In this document: one piece after another, positions 12,875-26,434 of the stretch
How the letters are laid out: each line of letters starts with the position of its first letter
How positions within the stretch are numbered: the first letter of the stretch is position 1
Origin: Trichinella spiralis
Taxonomy: Eukaryota
Reading direction: 5' to 3'
NCBI RefSeq assembly: GCF_000181795.1
Contig: NW_003526943.1
Location: forward strand, 11,150,007-11,214,006
Length of the DNA: 64,000 nucleotides
Position numbers and translations under genes: made by a program
Notes under the pieces: model-generated
The model's database searches: none
Told to the model about the DNA's origin: nothing
What the model saw: the letters and a program-made list of their open reading frames with translations, nothing else

Positions 12875-14135
12875 ATGTTTTGTGGTTTTCACCTTGCATT
12901 GCTGTTTCCTATTTTTCTTTTCTCTGACCACCTTGTATGCGAAGTAAATTTGCTTCTATTTTGAAAATTATTTTTTGCATAATTTTTTCTCATTCGAAAA
13001 AAAACATTCGAAATGTAAAGAGATGCATGGTTAATAAATTTAATTGAATTTTGTAATCTTTTATCTTATAAACATTTGAAACACCCAGAAAAATAAACTT
13101 TACTTATTTCTTCTACTGCTACTTTTTTCTTGAATTATTACTCGTAAGCATTTATTAGCAATGGTATTTATCAGTTCAACTGAAAAAAGCAATTGCATTT
13201 TTATAAGTGGCTGATATTGAGCATCTGAAATATTTATGATCTTCACAATAGCCATATTTTCTAATTGTTTATTATTGTGAATTATTAATGTTAAACATGA
13301 TATCATTATTGCAAAAATAGGATAAGAATACAGTTTTTTAAAAAAATTCTCATCATAAAATTTAGCTTTTCCTATTTCACATTTTAATTTATTCTCTTGA
13401 GAGAAGAGAGTACTGTAAAATTTTGAAAATACAAATAAAACATAATTTTCAAATGATCGCACTCTGAAATGATTGGAGAAAATTTTTACCAATACAGATG
13501 TGTAATGAAATTGCAAAAAGATATGGCTAAATGATCAATTGTTGAATATTGCGGATGGTGATCATTTGAATTCTCCAGCGATTTAGCACAGACCGTTAAT
13601 AAGATTGCCTGACTTTAGCTGAACTCAGAAGCTGAAATGTGTGGCTAGTTGGAGGGTAAAGAAAGAAAAGTGGAAAATTAGTTTGACTTTTGAATGTCCA
13701 TAAAAGCGCTGACAAAGGGTTGATTCAAATCAAAATTGCAAATTCAACTTGCAACCGATTTCAAATCCTCGATTTGTTTGTTGGTTATGAAACAGCAATT
13801 TACCAACACGCATTAGCAACAGACTTAACCAACAACATAAACTGAATAAACTCAACATCAGCTTAATAGTATTCTTCAATTATTTCAACAGATTCTTCTG
13901 ATGGTAGATTTTGCTTTGGGTTTATGGAAATTTCTGCAGAGATCTGAGCTAAGAGTACTGAAGAAATTGAAAAAAGCATCTCACGATTATGAATAGAAAT
14001 TCACATTTTTCATTTTCTGAAAATGAATAAGGTGGGGAGATTTTTCAAATTAGGCTATAAGATCTTCAACAACAAACAACAAATCAAAATTTTAATCATG
14101 ATTCCGCTTTCGGTATTAGNNNNNNNNNNTTTTAG

Positions 14136-15484
14136 CCAAAGTAGTGCATTCATGCTGCTGCTGTCCATAGCGCAATGGATTATAAGCTTGGAAGAAAGAA
14201 ACAGCAGCGTGAAAGAGAAGCCGAAGGCCGATCATTCCGCAGATAAAGAAGTACGACATTCCATCTCACCTTATAATGTGTAATAATTCGATTTATTTTA
14301 AAGCTATTTTTTGCGTTATAAAGTGAAATTGAAGCTTACAGTATATAGAAAATCATGGTTCTATTTGAATAAGAGTTACAGTATAAAAATATATAATATT
14401 TTTATTTTCTATGTATTAATTTTGAAAATTATTATAGACGGTATTTTAAAAATTAATTTGTATTTTTGTGAAAATATTTTAGGTTTTTGTTACTGGTACA
14501 TATCGTCGCAAATTAGAAGAATTGCAGAAGCACAATGAAGAAATGGAACGGAAAGACAGATTGGATGGTTTCTGTTTATTGTATTTTATTTTGTCTTTTG
14601 TGCTTTATTAACAGTTATAATTTAAGCTATGATGGATGTGTCAAAACAGAAAGATTTGTCTGGGTTTTATCGTCATCTTCTTGCTGATGTGACTGCGGAA
14701 AGTTCGAATTCAACGAGGTTTTGTACTTTTATATTACTAAAGAAATTTTTTGGTTAAGAAATGTAAAAAGCTCCTTTTCAGTGCCGATGCTTCATCGCAA
14801 AATATTAATGATAAACTGGTGGGGTTTGATAAAATTGAATCAAAGACGAATACGAAAAAGCAATACAGGCGAATGCGTGATGAATCATCATCATCTTCGT
14901 CAGAAAGTGAAGTTGCGAAAGATGATCAGAAGAATACAGGTGATGTAAGTGATTTTGAAATGGACGAAGAGCAGATTAAAGAGGAATTAAATAAAAGCAA
15001 ATTGGAAGCAAACAGGAGAAAACAGACGCGTCACAGGCAGTTTTACACTCCCAGCCCACCTCCACAATTGCATCATCATCATCGTCATCGTTCAAGACGA
15101 GAGGAAGAAAGACATGCAGATCGACATCGACATAGATCACCAAAGGAAAGGCGACATCACAGATCTCATAAATATAGATCAAGGGACTCTCCGTTTGGCG
15201 ATAAAAAACGTCGAACGCATTCGAAAAAGCGTGATCATGATACTGTTAAAAGGGAATCTGTTCGTTCTAACAGAAAATCATCCGAAGGTGAGAATGCGGA
15301 AAGTTTAGAACAAGAAGCCGATCCTGTGTTGGGTACTGTCGATCCAAAAGTAGTTAAAGCAAAACGTTTGAAAAAGCTGAAGCAAATTTTTGCCCATCGA
15401 AATGATGAGCAGGCAATTGAAGAGTACCGTGCACGTTATCTGCAGCGCAAACAAATTCGAGAAGCAGCTACTGTTGATGTTTAA
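14136..15484 (+). CDS. NSRP1: Nuclear speckle splicing regulatory protein 1 (CCDC55-like), 5' part lost in gap
   Basis: Exons ~14136-14250, 14483-14567, 14627-14717, 14782-15484; motifs EREAEG..ADKE|VFVTGTYRRKLEE, DVSKQKDLSGFYRHLL, RH/RS-rich region, C-terminal RNDEQAIEEYRARYLQRK; apparent frameshifts next to the gap. Confidence 0.85.
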
Positions 15485-16666
15485 AAAATTATACGTTAGC
15501 TTTTAATTTAAAATTATTTACAAAGAAACTGCTGACATGTGTAAGAAAAAATTGTTTTTTCTGTAAAAAAAAAAGTTATTTATGGGCATTTTATTGTGCA
15601 TAAACAAAGATGAGCGACAGAAGAACAGTAAACCATTTTCAGCGTTTAATTTAATGTATTTATTATCGACTGTTTGGTTGTTGGATAGTGGGGCGTTTAC
15701 TTAATTTAACACATTTNNNNNNNNNNNNNNNNNNNNNNNNNNNNNNNNNNNNNNNNNNNNNNNNNNNNNNNNNNNNNNNNNNNNNNNNNNNNNNNNNNNN
15801 NNNNNNNNNNNNNNNNNNNNNNNNNNNNNNNNNNNNNNNNNNNNNNNNNNNNNNNNNNNNNNNNNNNNNNNNNNNNNNNNNNNNNNNNNNNNNNNNNNNN
15901 NNNNNNNNNNNNNNNNNNNNNNNNNNNNNNNNNNNNNNNNNNNNNNNNNNNNNNNNNNNNNNNNNNNNNNNNNNNNNNNNNNNNNNNNNNNNNNNNNNNN
16001 NNNNNNNNNNNNNNNNNNNNNNNNNNNNNNNNNNNNNNNNNNNNNNNNNNNNNNNNNNNNNNNNNNNNNNNNNNNNNTTAATTAGTTTATAATACTATAA
16101 ACACTTTAAACAAATTTCATTACTTTAAAATGTGTTTTGAAGTTTAGTTTAAAGTTAATTCTCTAAAATTTATTTTAAAGATCTCTTCTATCTCCCATAT
16201 TAAATTATTTGCACAATTTTTTGATGAGCAGATTTATCAGGTAGTGAATACTTGTTGTCGACTGCATGTAAATCAACTTCTTGTTATTTGCATATTGTAT
16301 AGTTAGTATGTTGATTGTTGTCTTCGAATTCCGTACTTGTGTGCGTACTTTCTGTCTGAATAAGCGGCACTATTTCATTTGACGATTATAACATTCTTAT
16401 AATGATGGCTTAACTTATTTCATTATATAAATAGCGCTTTGTTTTAAGAGTTTTAAGAGTTAGTTAATTTTAATTTTTAAAAGTTTTAAGAGTTAAAATA
16501 TTATTTATTAGAAATGAAAGTAAATATTTCATCAGAAAATGCAACACCAACGTGTTTGGAAATATTTATTTTATTGTAATTTAGATTGAAAATGTAAGCG
16601 CCTGCTGTTGACACTGCATTATGGAAATGAAATGGATATTTTTTGCATAGCAGTTAATGAAAAGTT

Positions 16667-16785
16667 GTTTACGACACTGCATGCTCCCACACCCTCTTTG
16701 ATTCTGGTACTGGCGATAACTCAGCGCTGCTTAACTTCGCAGATCAGGTGGGATGCAGTGCTTTCAATGTAATATGAACGTCAAC
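16667..16785 (-). pseudogene. Divergent, probably pseudogenised 5S rRNA copy (119 nt)
   Basis: Minus strand GTTGACGTTCATATTACATTGAAAGCACTGCATCCCACCTGATCTGCGAAGTTAAGCAGCG...GTGTCGTAAAC: 5S length, terminal stem GTTGACG/CGTAAAC, GATCT and box A AGTTAAGC, TTTT just downstream; 3' third diverged. Confidence 0.75.
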
Positions 16786-17099
16786 GTTTAATCCTTTGCA
16801 AAAAGAATTAATGTAAGTTACGCCCAGCTAGTACAACCTAAATTCAGTTGATTTGCTCTTTTAAATTTTCCAATTTTTAAGTTTCCAATTAATAATAATT
16901 AATAATTAATTAATTTCTGAAAGCTTTTCAGTCTTATAATTTCAAGGACTTCAGGACATACTTTTTTAAAATGTCAATGAATAATTTCATGCCACTGGAA
17001 AGAATATCATTCCACTGTTCATAACTGTTCAGCAAATTTACCTTGTCTCTGCTCTAGAAATGCGGAAATGAGCATTGTATGCCATCAAACGGGAAATAT

Positions 17100-18530
17100 T
17101 TCTCTAATCTCGTCTAATCCAGTCCCGTCTGACTCTGGCAGATCTCTATAGCAGTGTGTTAGAAAACGTATGATGTTAGTCTTTTCTCTCACTGTTGCAT
17201 GTGCTGCTGAGACCTCAGGCTACCTAGAAGGAGATAGCAGAGGACCGCAGTCAGTACATCCCCACTGGAAGCTGTGACTCAAGACTGTGATACCAGTGCA
17301 CTATAAGTGAGCAAACCTCACCTTTCGGACCAACTGTTGTCGTTATATCATGCCTGTGAACGACTGCCGTTCTTCTTCCGCAGCTGACGATCATCTTATT
17401 CGTTGGTAATTTGCTCGTCTGCAAATGAGTCACGTTGATCCATCAAACGAGGCGAGATTCGCTCGAACAAACTGCAGCGTGTTCTGTCACCTCAATAGCG
17501 AGTTGGCTTGAAGAGTTTGTTAGGTCGTGTTAGGTTGGTGGTCAACCGCGGATTTTTCACGGTGATTGTTGGTAGCACGCTCTAATAAACACTTTAAGTG
17601 TTGTATTACTCTTTAATACCCCTAATGTCTTCGTCGAAGTGTGAAAGAGGCCGCCAGGTCAACATGGATTGCAATGACCAGGGCGACAATCCTGAAGCTG
17701 AGGTGTACCCCCTAGCATCTACAAAAAATCCGTTACACAGGCATCAAAGCAAATGAAGCACAACCCGATTATCCTCGCCAGAACGTGACGTTGGTGGTGA
17801 TCTGGAGGCGTCTTCTTGGGCCTTTGTTGTGCGAAGTCAGCCTTACCTGGAAGCTGCTATGGTCTTCTGACCCAGCAGACGCCCCTCATCAGGCGTCCTG
17901 CCACATCCACAGGTAATGTAAACAGCTGGCGGATCAGGGTATCGCGAGTATTACATATAAAGAACATAAATAGCTGCGGTTAATATGCGGCTAACATTGA
18001 CTCAGTGCTGCTTAAATGTAGTTTATATGGACAGGTTCTCCATCTTCCGTAGTCCATTGCAAATATCTCTCCGTTTCCCTTTTTCAGCGGTCTTCTCTTT
18101 TCATGTATATACTAGTAGCGGACACAACTGGCCCAAAAACTGATTCGCATCAAAGGTCGATTGGCTCATCAGGCTACTGCTGCTTTACAAAGATGCGTCT
18201 TAACTTGTCGCCAACTGCATCTTGGTGATGCAACCATACACACACAGGACCATTGCCTTCATGGTGAGAGCTCTACCAGCCACACCATATACCTCTTAGG
18301 GTTTTCCTCCCCAACCGGTGTGGCACTGACCATCTGCCATGTTGCTTTCGTACGGCTATCCAAAGTCATCAGATTATTCTTCACTGACACTGATGCTGCT
18401 GACAAAAACAACAGCAATGCAAATAACTTAATCCCTTTTTTCGGCAAGACCAAATACCAATTTTCCGGGCAACGACACATCATCGTGATAATGATATGCA
18501 GGTTACTGATGTTGGCGCCTCTTGTTTCCA
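17100..18530. mobile_element. Probable degenerate transposon/LTR remnants
   Basis: GC-richer block in AT-rich background, AATAAAC at ~17585, LTR-like ends GTTACA (~17737) and ATTACA (~17955); no diagnostic protein motif recognised. Confidence 0.3.
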
Positions 18531-19032
18531 ACAAACTTTTATTATTCATTTTTTAAAAGTATTCCATTGATAAATTAGAATTGAAATTATAAAATGAAAA
18601 GCAGAATTGCATTACATAAAAGTTTTTTTAAAAATTTAATTAATCCGAGAGCTTACTTGAAAATTGAAATTGCTGCATTTTTACTTTATTATTATTAATT
18701 TACAGTATCATTAATGAAAATGATTCTTATTGCATCAAAGCAAGGAGATTAATTGTTTGAAGTAATATTATCGTTACTCTTTCATTGAATCACATTATTA
18801 AAATTATTTTTAAAATTTTTAAATGTTTCTTCAAATAATTTTGCTTTTAGCATTAATTTGGTTTTTAGCTATCGTATTGTTTGTCATTTGTTCAGATAAT
18901 TAAGTTTTTTATTTTGAAATGAATATTAATAAAATATTTTGTCAAATGTTTAAAATTTTATATTGGTGCATTTTTTCAAGAATTACAAAGAGTATGCCTT
19001 TATATTGCAAGTATCATTATTGTATTTCAGAG

Positions 19033-19587
19033 ATGTCCATTGACAATATATTATTTTACAATTATCGTGGTCAACTTTGCAATGCTGTGACTCGTAGCAT
19101 TAGGAAATCTTATGTTTGTGATGTGATGGGTAAGGAGGATGAAGACTTTTGCATTTTGCAGCATCCGAATGGAATTTGCATCGTCTGCTTAGCTCCAACG
19201 CATCCTTTGTTGCGATACAAAGCGGAAATTTGCTCTATTGAACTTCGTGCAGATAAGCAAGCCGCTCAAGAGAAGCCGCTAACAAAACGAGAAAAACAAA
19301 TTCGAGTCGATCCGAAAACTATTCTTTGTCGAATAAACCTTTCCAACGATAAACAGTTCGTAATCCGAGCTTGTGTTTTTGGAAAATTGATAAATACAAA
19401 TTCATTGCTGTTGGAACACAAGCAGTTACTTTTAGACGAGCCTGAATGGCGAGGTCACGTTGCCGTTATTTATCGATATAATAAGTCTAATAATGATATG
19501 CAATATCTAACATTCGACGATTACAAAGCCAAGAAGGGTCCTAAGATGCTTTCCTCTGACAATTTTGCGGCTACATTTGCAAAATGA
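19033..19587 (+). CDS. ABITRAM: Abitram/FAM206A (Simiate)-like protein
   Basis: EDFCILQHPNGICIVCLAPTHPLL...TILCRI...IRACVFGKLINTN.LL....LLLDEPEWRGHVAVI fits the family pattern; ATG directly after a tttcag acceptor. Confidence 0.82.
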   Translation: MSIDNILFYNYRGQLCNAVTRSIRKSYVCDVMGKEDEDFCILQHPNGICIVCLAPTHPLLRYKAEICSIELRADKQAAQEKPLTKREKQIRVDPKTILCRINLSNDKQFVIRACVFGKLINTNSLLLEHKQLLLDEPEWRGHVAVIYRYNKSNNDMQYLTFDDYKAKKGPKMLSSDNFAATFAK

Positions 19588-20779
19588 TGTGCAGTTTCTA
19601 ACATCAGATATTCACATTGAAAAGAAAATTTATGGAATATTTCTACGACTTTTCTAAATCTTCAGTTTTGTAAGATTTGTGTTAGCAGTTTAAAACAACA
19701 TCGAGTTAACTCGATAATGTGTACGTCATTTTAATACATGATTAAATTAAAGAACGCAGCCGTGCGCTAATTAGCTGAAATTTGTATCTTTTAAGATTTG
19801 TTTAAATTCTCTTGTATTGTATACTTGCGTTGGCTACATTTCCTAATCTGAGCTGTCCAGTTCACACCTTTTGTTGCACTGATTATATAACAGTTATATA
19901 TTTTTTTATATTCCAAATGATGAAACAAATTTTTAAAGCTTTGGACTTGACTCTATTTACCACGGTATTTACCAACCACTACATCAAAGTTCAGCATTTG
20001 CTTATGTATTGCTATTTTGATGAGTTCCATTAAATATATTAGTTTAAAAAATTCAACAAGAGTTATCATTTTCTCTCGTACTTTCTTCTTTCAAAGTAAC
20101 TTTGCTGTTTTATCAATAAAACAATTTATAATTTAAAATGTTCAACTGTTGAGTTGACACGTATTTTTGCATAATTTTGATGTATTCACAAGTGCTGAAT
20201 CAGCCAAACCATGTTTTTTTTATCATCTACATAATCGAACATCTGAATGGCGTGTATTTTATTTACTACAAAATTAAATGCTATTTCTTTTAACAACTTC
20301 CAGTTGTATGTATGTGTAAAAATTCCATCAAGTAGACCGTATTCATTAGTAGAAAAATAGCTGCATATATTTAGCAAAACAAATATTTATTGGCAAACAT
20401 CAAACGAAATACAAATAGCAAACAGCCATAAATATATATACAGCAGCAGACGTCCAGACAATATTTTGCTTTTTCATAACTCTTGACAAAATGGAATATT
20501 TTTTAACGCAATCTGATACTTAGGTGCAAACAAAATGTTTCCATTACAACTTTAATTATGTATTTTAGTAGGGATAAAACATTTTTTTAATTTATTTCTC
20601 TTTCAGTTTTGAAACAATTTTGTTGATTTAAATTTAATTTGCACAGAAAATGCAGAAAAATATCAAAAGTTGGTTCAAAGTTGCTGTACATTTCTTGTTT
20701 TTAATTACTGATTATGACATGCATTGTTATATATATATATGTGTACATACATATGCTTCTTCAGAAATATTTAATAGTT

Positions 20780-23306
20780 TTATGAGGCACAATTGCTGCA
20801 AAGATCTTGAATAAAATGCTTAATTTCAGAATTAAGAAAACAATAAACAAGCATGTATAAAGATGCAATAAATTCGCTCGTAAGATAAAAAGACATTCTT
20901 ATGACGTGACTGCCTGCATCACGTTGAAAAAACTGCCCAATTAGGCTTGGAAAAAGCCTTGTAATAATTTCTAAGAAAACAAAAAAAAGTAAACGATATG
21001 TTTTTGAAACCTCCAGACGAAAATTTATTTGATCAGCCGCTGGTGAAATTCTCTTTTGAAACTGAATAGATGCAATAATTATTAAAATACCAATCATATC
21101 AAGACAACCCAGCAATAGATTAAAATAACGACTGATGCGCTGATAGAACTTTGGCACCACTTCTTTGTAAACACAGCTCTGCATCACTTCCTGTTCTTTG
21201 TACTTGAACATTGTAAGATCCAGCCATACAACTATTGTAAAAGTAGTACAGCTTATGTAAGAAGCGACTATGCACCATCTTATGAAATGATGATTTTCCA
21301 GTTTGGTATTCAAGCGAGGTTTCAATATTGCTATGAAACGATCAAGCACAACCAAAAAAATTGTGCTTGAACTAGAAAGGGAACGAAAAATTCTCAACGG
21401 TATGTCTGGATTAATTAGGAGACATTCCCATGCTTTAACAGTTGGCATGTATATCCATTTGCGCATGTTATTGTAGCGTAAACCACTAAGCAGAAAATTC
21501 AGACCATCCAACATTTGAATAACTAACACTCCTATAAAAAAGTACACAAATTTTTCAGCATATATATACATTATCAGCTCATGAGTTATTTCAGAAATTA
21601 GTTGCTTTTATTTATGAAAATATGCATGTATATGCATGCATATTATGCTTTTATGCAGCATATATTTTGTATTAGTTTATATAAACTTACTGATAAATTG
21701 CACTATAATTTTACAGGTTGTAATGAAGAACCACGCAACATACGGCATTGCATTGACGTAATAAACTTCACATATTTGTAATTACATGCTTCATGCTGTT
21801 AAGCTGAAATTACTATTGGATAATAACGGAAGGTAATAGCTCTGAGCTTCAGTTAAGCTTAAAAATAATTAAAAAAGCATCTTTTGCAATACAGCTAATT
21901 TTAATTCATTTCCTACCTTGCAACTTATTAAAACCTTCACACTGCTGTTCATCACCATATTAATTCAAATAAATAAAATATATAGGAAACTTAATTTCTG
22001 CACTGAGATATTAATTATTGTTATTGTCATTTTTCTTGATAAAATATCAGAAAAATTAATAATAATAATCTCAGGAGAATCAGCTATCAAGACAAACCAT
22101 CAATAAGAAATGTTTCTGAAGAACAAATACTTTGTAAATTACAACACCCTGTTTCACATTTTGGCACCTTTATATAGTGTCTCTGTGTGCACTATACCGA
22201 TATTTAATTTTCTTCGGCCATGCAGCGCAGTTTGTGTTGCATATTTTTATTAGATTTCCCTTCCATCTGCATATACTAGTTGCATTTTCGATATTGTTCA
22301 GCACCCTGTATTAGCTTAAAAGTGTATTTTCACCAATACTAATGTTTCTGATGATAAATAACTATTAAAAAATTGCAGTCATGAAGTTTATGAAAAGTTA
22401 TCACTAAATAATCGTACTTTTATGTGAAAATTTTATTCTTCATTTATTAAAAATAAATTTGCACGGAATTATAAAGTAAATAAACATTTTAATCTTAATA
22501 TGTGTATGTTTTATAGTAAATTAAAATCATATTTCATTTTTTGTGCTCTATTCTGAAAACTATTTTAAAATAGCGATTTAGTTTGTAAATGTTGTTTTGA
22601 TCACCTTTCATTCTGAAATTTATTTTTAACATTGAATAAACTATTATCCAAGAAAATAAATTAAAAAACAATCTGCCGTTTTGAAACAATAAGTTTGACT
22701 AACATTGAAATATTTTTTAATAGAGCAGCACAATTTATTTGAAATACCAATATAGTGCTTACAAGAAATTAGCAATAGCTATTAATTTCTTTATTAATTA
22801 TGAAACAATGCTATTACCCTAGATAAAAATTAAATTTTATAAGTCAACGTCGAAGTGTTAATACAACCATTGCGTATGGAAAACTTATTCATATTTTTCT
22901 TCATATCAATCAAAAGAAATCTTTCACTATCATCTGCATTATTTTACCAGCAATTATAATTTTGAAAAAAAGTCCACTCTTTTCATTTATACAAAAATAT
23001 CTTGAATGGCAAAAACATTTTTTAAAACAATCTTACACTAAAAAAGGGTTGCTTTTATAGTTTACTTGATTATTAATTTATTTTACAATTGCTTAGCAGA
23101 TACGTGGTAGAAATTTATTTACCGATTAATAAGCAAGCTTCAGAATGGAAATGGCGTTTTGCAAACAAGAAGCAAAACACAATCCCGTTGGATAAAACAG
23201 AAAAAATACCAATAGCCAGTTTCATTGTGGTAATGAAGGGCATAGTTTGTACAGGCAAGTTGTTCGATACTTGTTCAAAAACTGTTTTTTCAGTATCGTT
23301 GAACAT
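20780..23306 (-). CDS. Two-exon 7TM GPCR, nematode chemoreceptor-like (311 aa)
   Basis: Exon 1 23306-23123 (TM1 with SNGIV) splices in frame to exon 2 21531-20780; LDRFIAILKP motif, seven hydrophobic segments, LVYCFLNSEIK end. Confidence 0.8.
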
Positions 23307-26300
23307 CTTCCCTTCTTTTCTTTTTTGATGAATAAATGCAAATCCTGCGCAGTTATTATTCTTATGATATGAAAATACAGCGCCATCTGTGTGTCCGTTT
23401 TACTGATTGGAAAATTGATATTTAATGCTTATAGGCAGCTTTTACAAATTTTTTAATTCTGAATCTCAGTTAAAGCTATCAATCAATGCTTGAAAGCTGC
23501 TTTGAAAAAATAAAAGTAACTTTTCTATTTTCACCGTAAAATTCTTTGCCTTGCTAACTTAGCAATCATTTTCACATTTTCAGAGTCATTGGATTGAAAG
23601 TTACAGACGCATTTAGAAATCATAAAATGCATTAATTACCGTAAAATTTGTTTGATTATATTTATTCTTTTGTAAAGAAACCCAAAATGTTCTCTTAATC
23701 TTGGAATATCAGTAATAAGTGCAAATTAATATAATCCAGTGTTAAACATTGCTGTTTTTCTTTATTGTACTTATATAATTTGCCAATATTCTACTGCCAT
23801 ATCTTATTAAAAACAATCGTCAATTCTCTAGAACTTCATCATAAAACACACATTAGCCTAATAATAGATTTATTATAATTTAAAAAAATTTTAATTAAAT
23901 TTAATAATAAGAAAGAAAATGCCAAGAGGAATGTGTGCACAAAATTACTTTTTCTCTTTACATCTTAATAAGTAAAACTTTCATTTGCTCAAGCCGCGCA
24001 GCTTCTTCAACAACTTCGAGTGTCACTGCTGACAGGCAGCCCATTCAAGTACACCAACAAGGGGAAATCACTGAAGTATTTCCTCAAATAGACGTAAGTT
24101 TCAAACTGATCCCATAACTCAGCAAAACGCAGTCTTTTGAGCAAATTCCGTTCCGTGACGCTGTCATCTAAAATACAAGGGATGCATTGCAAAATTTTAC
24201 ATTTACCTTTGAGCATAACCAGCGTTTCTTTGTCTTAACATTATATATTAATTTTCATAATCAGTCTGCATAAATAGTTGAATACCTTTACTATATCAAT
24301 TAACTATTAAATATCTCAAGAATATTAATCATAACTAAAGAAATGCAAAGTAATTCAAAATCAAAAAATGTCCAATGTTGTGACTTTAAATATTTAACTT
24401 GCACTTTTTTGCTCTGTGTAAACTTTTATATGTTTCTATTTCTTTAGAAACTGAGCTAACGTAGCTTTATAGATGTTGCAAATCAAATGTTTGACAGGGC
24501 AACACATGCATTACAGAGATGAATTAAAATTTCAGGAAATACTTATCAAATTGACGTTTAATTTCTTAAACCTGAAATTGGCTTTTCATTTATAAAAAGA
24601 CAAGAAGACTTTTTATTTATCATTTTGCGTTTTCATAAAGAAAACTGTCAGAGAGCACATTTTCGCTGACTGATCATAAAGAGACTTAAAGTATAATACA
24701 CTCGAAAAGAAAGAGCTGTCAATCAAGCTGATAGGTGATTCAAAGTTTTTTCAAAAATTAGTTGACTGACAAGCAATAGGAAAATATGCTATGTTTAATT
24801 GCCGATGAACAACTGCTTGTGATTAAAATTTTCATTTAAAACGGTTCATTTTGTAACATGCACTATCAATGAAAAATAAATAGCTTTATTCTAGATTTTA
24901 GAACATTTTACATGCTTTAGTAAAATAGCATCAAGAGTTTATATTAGCCAATGACCAGTTGTTTATATTATTAGACCTAACGTTTGGCTCATTCAGAAAC
25001 GGTCATCAATCTAACATGAATAACTTTATTCTAGGTTCAACATGATTTTTTTTTGAATTTTTTTGTAATTTTTCATGAATATTAAATTAAAATGTGAAAT
25101 GAAAGAATGTCATTTGGACCTAATTTTGTTGTTTTTTGTTTTTTTTGGAAAATGTTACACTTTTGCATTTGAAATGAAAATTCTAAAAACAGAAAAATGC
25201 AAAAAATAGCAAACTATTAACTGCCCACAGATTAATTAAGTTTAACCCTTCTATGTTGCGCAGTGAAAACGTTAAAAAATGAATGATAGTTTTAAGGAAT
25301 AACTTTTTTAATTATATTGTTTGTGTTATGTTTTACATACAAAATTTTACAGAAATATAATCTTGTACCTGAATATCCATTACGATAACTGCCGCTTATT
25401 CACAGTACTTTTTCAGGTGTTACCTAATTTGATAGGTATTTTCGATGCGTTATGAATTGACACTCTGACAGGATAAAAGGCGAATTAGTAGGCAGTTCGA
25501 TTCATAATTATGGAACAAAACTTCAATTGTATATTTCATTTAATAATTAATAAGCAGGTCAGTATTATTCAACGTGATTCATGATAATAAAGTAATTCAA
25601 TGAAGAAATATGTTTTATTGAATTATGTATTATATTTTTTATTTAAATATTATAGTTGAACTTTGTTTTTATGTATTACTTTAAGGCTGTTTTAATTTAA
25701 TCATGAGAATATTTCCATCAGTTAATGAATTATGAATTGCAGTCTACGTGAAATTTGTTGTCAAGCTTAATAAAGACTGCATGTTAATTTACTGTTATTT
25801 TGCTTTGCTAGATTTGGTTTTCCTGTTTGCTAAGAGAGTTTCTTTTCATGAGCAAGAATTTATGCAAGTGAAATTGTGTTTTTTATTTAAAGTAAAAGTT
25901 TAATTTCATCATCTAGTTCATAAATTTTTTTCGACGTCAGTTTCATTGAAAAATGATGACATTTTACGTTGATTATTGCGCACAGTGAAATTCATTTACT
26001 AAGGTGTGCTGTTGGAATGGATTGAACGAGTTGAAAAAGAATTCAGATTTGGTGAAAATACTTAGTATTGAATTTTAGTATTGTTGAGTTGTTTTGTGTA
26101 AAAATTGATAATCTTGTCGATAGGGACAATGTCGCTAATGAAATTTGTTTAATTAAACGTAATCTTTAAAGATTGACGAGCATGGAGTTTATTTCATTTT
26201 AAAATTGATTATGTTGAGGATGGAAGCATATTGATTGTCTTTGTCAATGGATGAAATTTTCTTTTGTCAATTGAAGTGAAACTGGCAAAATGCAAATTGC

Positions 26301-26434
26301 ATTTTGTTTGCATTTTTCAGCATTTTAACTGAATTAAGCGCAATAACTTGCGGGTGTTTTTGGTTTTTTTTGTTTTTTTTTAAATTTTTTTCTTTTTCTC
26401 TTCAAGTGATATTTTGATAATAATAAGAAAGAAA

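Noticed and set aside
13100..13516. 138-aa minus-strand ORF
   Set aside because: AT-rich, non-ATG start, no motif; chance ORF
15688..16092. 134-aa ORF across N run
   Set aside because: Assembly gap artefact
18259..18549. LPKKGIKLFAL resembling the piggyBac KPxKYGIKL motif
   Set aside because: Single short match, no other transposase motifs or TIRs found
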